This document shows, in pieces, positions 59,650 to 64,000 of a DNA stretch of 64,000 nt; positions within the stretch are counted from its first letter, which is position 1; every line of letters starts with the position of its first letter. Made by a program: the position numbers and the translations under genes. Below the pieces are notes generated by a model. It had not been told where the DNA came from. It made no database searches and saw only the letters and a program-made list of their open reading frames with translations. Source of the stretch: Schizochytrium sp. TIO01 (lineage: Eukaryota > Protista > Bigyra: Labyrinthulomycetes); the NCBI GenBank assembly GCA_004764695.1, contig SMSO01000037.1, forward strand, positions 4,564,747 through 4,628,746, read 5' to 3'.

Positions 59650-62512
59650 ACAGGAACAGACTACTGCCAACTTTTGAGGAGAAGATCGCTCGCGAGGGAT
59701 GTCAGGAGCTACCAGCCGGCTCCGGCGCCGCCCCACTGTCGTCTCGCATTTCTGGCGGTGTTCATCAGCAACGTCGTCCTCGCTTTAGAAGGTTGTTTGT
59801 TTGTTTATTTGTTTGTTTGTTTGATGCAGCATCGCGAAAACTGCACGTGCGAGGGTTTCTTTTCTTTATATGGCGAAAGAGTGAATAAATTAATCAGTGA
59901 TACGTAAGAGGGAGTAAGATCATCAGTATTGTTTGTTTGTTTGTTTGTTTGTTTGTTTATTTGTAGTCCATAGCGGGCCTGGACCGGTGGTGAGTCCTCT
60001 CGGCTCCAGCTGGGCGCCCCTCCACGCTTGCGGCCGTCCTTCGATTCGTGGTCAGGAGCGTCAGCGAGGGGTGGAAATCGAGAAGCAGTGATTATGGTTC
60101 GGAGCAGTGAAAAAGAGAGGTACCCTAGGGTTTCGCATAGTAGTATATAGGAGCAGTTTCTTCTGCGCCGCGAGCAAAATTGCGCGCCTCGCTTCAATAT
60201 TAACTCGGTGGCAAGTTTGATTAAAAAGTAGTCGGGGGTCTTAAAAACTAAAACCATTGGGATGTAAGCTATGAAAGATCACATTGACACAAGATCCCCT
60301 CGATTTGTCGGCCTGAGGCAGCGATGATGATGATAATGATGATGATGATGTTGATTCTGAAGGTGGCAACAGACTTGAGTAGTGTGTACTTACTTACCAA
60401 GAGTGTGCACTTAGATCAAGTGCACACCCTCGGAGTACGAAAATGAAGAGCATTGGGATATAAATCGAAGCAAAGTTTCGGCCCTGACTTCAGATTACCA
60501 AAGATCCTCGCTCGAGGGGGTGATATCATATCAAGTTGAAGAAGATTGTTTGTTTTGATCTTGGCTAAGATTGGTGGTCGCACGGCAGGACCTCCCTCCA
60601 GCAACATTGTTCGGATTCTGAAGCAGGTGGCTGCTGTAAGGATGCATATGTACCTACGAGGTGGATGGCGCTTCCGACTCAAAGATGAAAACCAGAAAGA
60701 ACCACTGCCTGCTAGTACAATTGACAACGAGGGAGTGCGAGCTGGCCAAAGAGGCGCACGCCCAGTTCTGGCTGGACGTAGCAGTAGCTGGCTCAGCGCT
60801 TCCAAGGGAGCCCACAAGATGTGACATTTTGGAGGCTTTGTGTACTTCCTTCCACAGAACCTTGATTACTTCTTTCATTTCGTTCACTCTTGGGCAATCA
60901 ACACCTGTCAATGCGGAAGAGTGTTTTGTTTGCTCGCTCGCTGTGATTAAGGATCTTGATCACTTTAAAATCACTTTAAACTGGGGAGGCGCGGCTTTTG
61001 GCACAGTTCTGAGAGAGATCTAAATTACAGGGAGTCGGGTACCTACTAGAACGACTTAGGAAGAAGCTTCAAGTTACTTAGTGTGACGATGGCACGCTTG
61101 CTTACGCGCTTATGCACTGCGAGCCTGTGACGTAAGTGATAATTATGGCAGACTCCGCTGCGATCAGGGATCGTGCTCCTTTCGACAGAAGCAGCACCAA
61201 CTTGCAAAATTATATTGGAATGGTGATCTTCATCTTTTTGATACTAGCACTGCTCTCGGAAAGAGAACTTGACATGGAGCTTTGTTCCGACTTGAGGGAT
61301 GATGCCTGCTCACTGTTGATGGAGTGTTACCCAATGAATGATCTGGTCGTTGCTACTCTTGTAGTCGAAATGCGGACCCTCAATCTCAACTCTTACGTGA
61401 AATGTTAGCACGTACAGAATTTCAACTTGTTGAGGCAAGCAACCAATCCGCCCCTTAAACTAGTTTAGGGGGCCGAAATGAGGCCACCCTGTGAAGGAGG
61501 ATACTGCGAGGCCAGGGGTAGTTTTCCATTTGGCTTGCACGGATGTGCGAGACCATCTCAAGAGAAATGCTGTCCGGATACGAATTAAGTTTACATTACA
61601 GAGTTGAGCTCACGATAAGCATTCGTGTGCGTGCCTGCCTACCAGCAAAACTATATACAATCTCTTGAGACCTTGGTCAAGTCATATGCTTGAATTGAGC
61701 TTGCTTACATACACACCCTATGTAGAAGAAGTAATTCCAATGTATCACACTATGCAAATTACAGAAATGTGATAGCATGTATGAGTAGTAGGTTCTACTC
61801 AAGTACTGCGATGTAGAGAAGGTGACGACGATGATGCGTTCTGACGATCGTGATCTTGATCATTGCTAGCACTACTAAGAGGATCGCCTAGCTACGGTTC
61901 AACAACGAAGTTACAAGCTCCGCACGACCTGTGAGGATCGATCTCGTTTAAGCGTCTTCACAGCAAACGAAAACTTTATGGGGCGGCCACAAATCAATAG
62001 ACCTCCTCGCAGTAGGACCGAGCTTCACTAAGAAGGCATCACAGCAGAATACCAGGGAGGTTCTCTTGGTTTGCGACACGAAATAAATCGAAGCACATGA
62101 ATATCATAACTCATGCTCGTTTCATGAAATTGCAATCGAGGGCGAAGCATCAAGAGCTTCTGTGATGGGATGGACTCTCTTTCATCTTGGCTCGGCTCCG
62201 CTCAGCACACGAGGCGAAAGCATCAGCAGCAGCAGCAGCGGTCGCTCAGAGTGAACTTGTTGGCGAACTCGCAATATTACATCGATTTAGTAAGTTCCCA
62301 TTTGACGAATTCCTGATGACTGACTGTGAAAAAACATGGAGTCAGCTCAAGATCTGCCGCACGTGCTGCAGACAAGGACTGCTCGCAACACTCCCGAGAG
62401 ACGGCTATTTCGATCGAAGGCACTGCGAGCTGCCGCGAACGAGAGTCGGGGAAGACGAGGCCATCTCAGGCCTGAACTCGAAGAAGAGCTCGAAGTCGAA
62501 CTCGAAGGATGG

Positions 62513-62557
62513 TGAATGAATGAATGAATGAATGAATGAATGAATGAATGAATGAAT
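62513..62557. repeat. (GAAT)n microsatellite
   Basis: Directly visible. Confidence 0.95.
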
Positions 62558-64000
62558 AGGCACGAGATTAACGTTATCATCATGAAAGAAATCTATCTGC
62601 ACAATGTGCGGCTCTCGCGATGGCAGCTCGGAGCCGGACTCGTCCTGGAGAGATGATTCCAGGACAGACATCGCATCGATCACCGCGAATGAAAGAGTGA
62701 GTGAATGACAGGCGATGAACGGCAGAAAGAAAGTATTGTACAAGTAAGTAGTCAGGCGGCGGCAAATTAGAGCGTGCAAGGGAGCAGAGAAATCAACTCA
62801 ACAAGAGCTTAAGAAAGTTGAAACGAGTGAACGATGGACGGCGCATGACCAAGCAAGGCATTTATCTATCTGGCGAACTGCAATTGATGAGCTAGCCCTC
62901 TTCTCTCAAATTAATTGCAAGCGGAAGGGCAGGGGGAGGGAGCAGAGGCTCTCACGCATTGCATCATTCGAATCATTCATAAATACATTCATTCATTCAT
63001 TCAATCAATCAATCAATCATAAACATTCATGCACTCTTCACTCAAGAAGAGGAACGAAAGAGCGATCGCGCGTCAGCAGACAAAAGCTCTCAGATGGAAC
63101 CAAAGCGATCGGGAGACGCCCGAAGTTAAGTACTAATTTAAGCAGTCCACAGTAGGTACCTACCTACTACCGCCCTAGTAACTCATAGCTACTTCTGCAA
63201 AGTAAAGAGGTTCTCATAGTACTAAGCTTTGCTTCTGGTTTTGAAATAAGTGGTACTTTTTAAAAATCAAATAAATGAAGCATTTTTTAATATATTAATT
63301 AAAGCTGTTTTCAGTGGAAGAGGATCAAAACCACTTTTAATTATTTTGTTTGTTTGTTTGTTTTATTGCTTTCTCTTTTAAAATAAAAAAAAGAATTTAT
63401 ATTTTAAATGAAAAGACCTTTTACGATGGTATGGAGAACGAGAGAGATATCTTGGATTGAAAGAATTAAGAAGGAGAGGGATTTCCTGCTAAAGTCCGAG
63501 ATTTGAAGAAGAGCAAAGGCCGCAAAACATTCGCAGAAACGTCTCGACAAGAGGCGGAGGGCTCGGAGCTTCGTGCCCAGGCGCGTTGGTGATGACCTGG
63601 CCGACGAGACTGGCCAACGAGCGAGCGAGCGAGCGAGCGAAGAGAAGGAAACGCTCGAGAATGCAGCAGGCCTAGTACTAAACTGTGAAGGAAAATAAGC
63701 AAGCATAGATTCTGCTTAGAAAGAAAAGTAAAAAGAAAGAGTGAAAAGACAATCGTTTCTTTCATGTGAGGCAGAAGAAACGCTCACGATCCTCCTTAAT
63801 CGCCCGCGCCATAGTAGCCCTAGTAAACGCACTACGACTCTTTCTCTTCTTTTCAGACAGGTTAAAAACTTTCGAAAAGAATTTTCGAAGAATGGCGATA
63901 AAACTCTTGAAACTGATCTGCTCAAAACTTTTATTTATATACATCTATGATCTAAGCACTATACTTTTATTTTAAAAGAAATAAAATAATAATAAAATAT

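Overview
Eukaryotic nuclear DNA, not prokaryotic. Intron-poor genes with G/C-ending codons among microsatellite-rich spacers suggest a thraustochytrid/labyrinthulomycete-type stramenopile; this is inference, not verified. Only the first ~7.9 kb holds convincing genes: a 447-aa putative Cys/His DNA-binding protein (+), a stand-alone type I 3-dehydroquinate dehydratase (aroD-like, -), and an NCA2/DGS1-family mitochondrial membrane protein (+) whose 5' end is ambiguous. The remaining ~56 kb has no recognisable intact gene. It begins with an AT-rich, microsatellite-free block (~8.0-12.3 kb) that is a heavily diverged tandem array of ~170-bp monomers arranged in ~680-bp 4-monomer higher-order repeats, the most unusual structure I found. 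A CpG-poor and partly decayed coding-like zone follows (12.3-15 kb). The last ~49 kb alternates CpG-rich islands with simple-sequence tracts and carries a strand-biased AGCTGGGC motif, short palindromes, splice-like signals and several eroded reading frames. No rRNA, tRNA, CRISPR array or intact transposon was recognised. All alignments and counts were done by eye.
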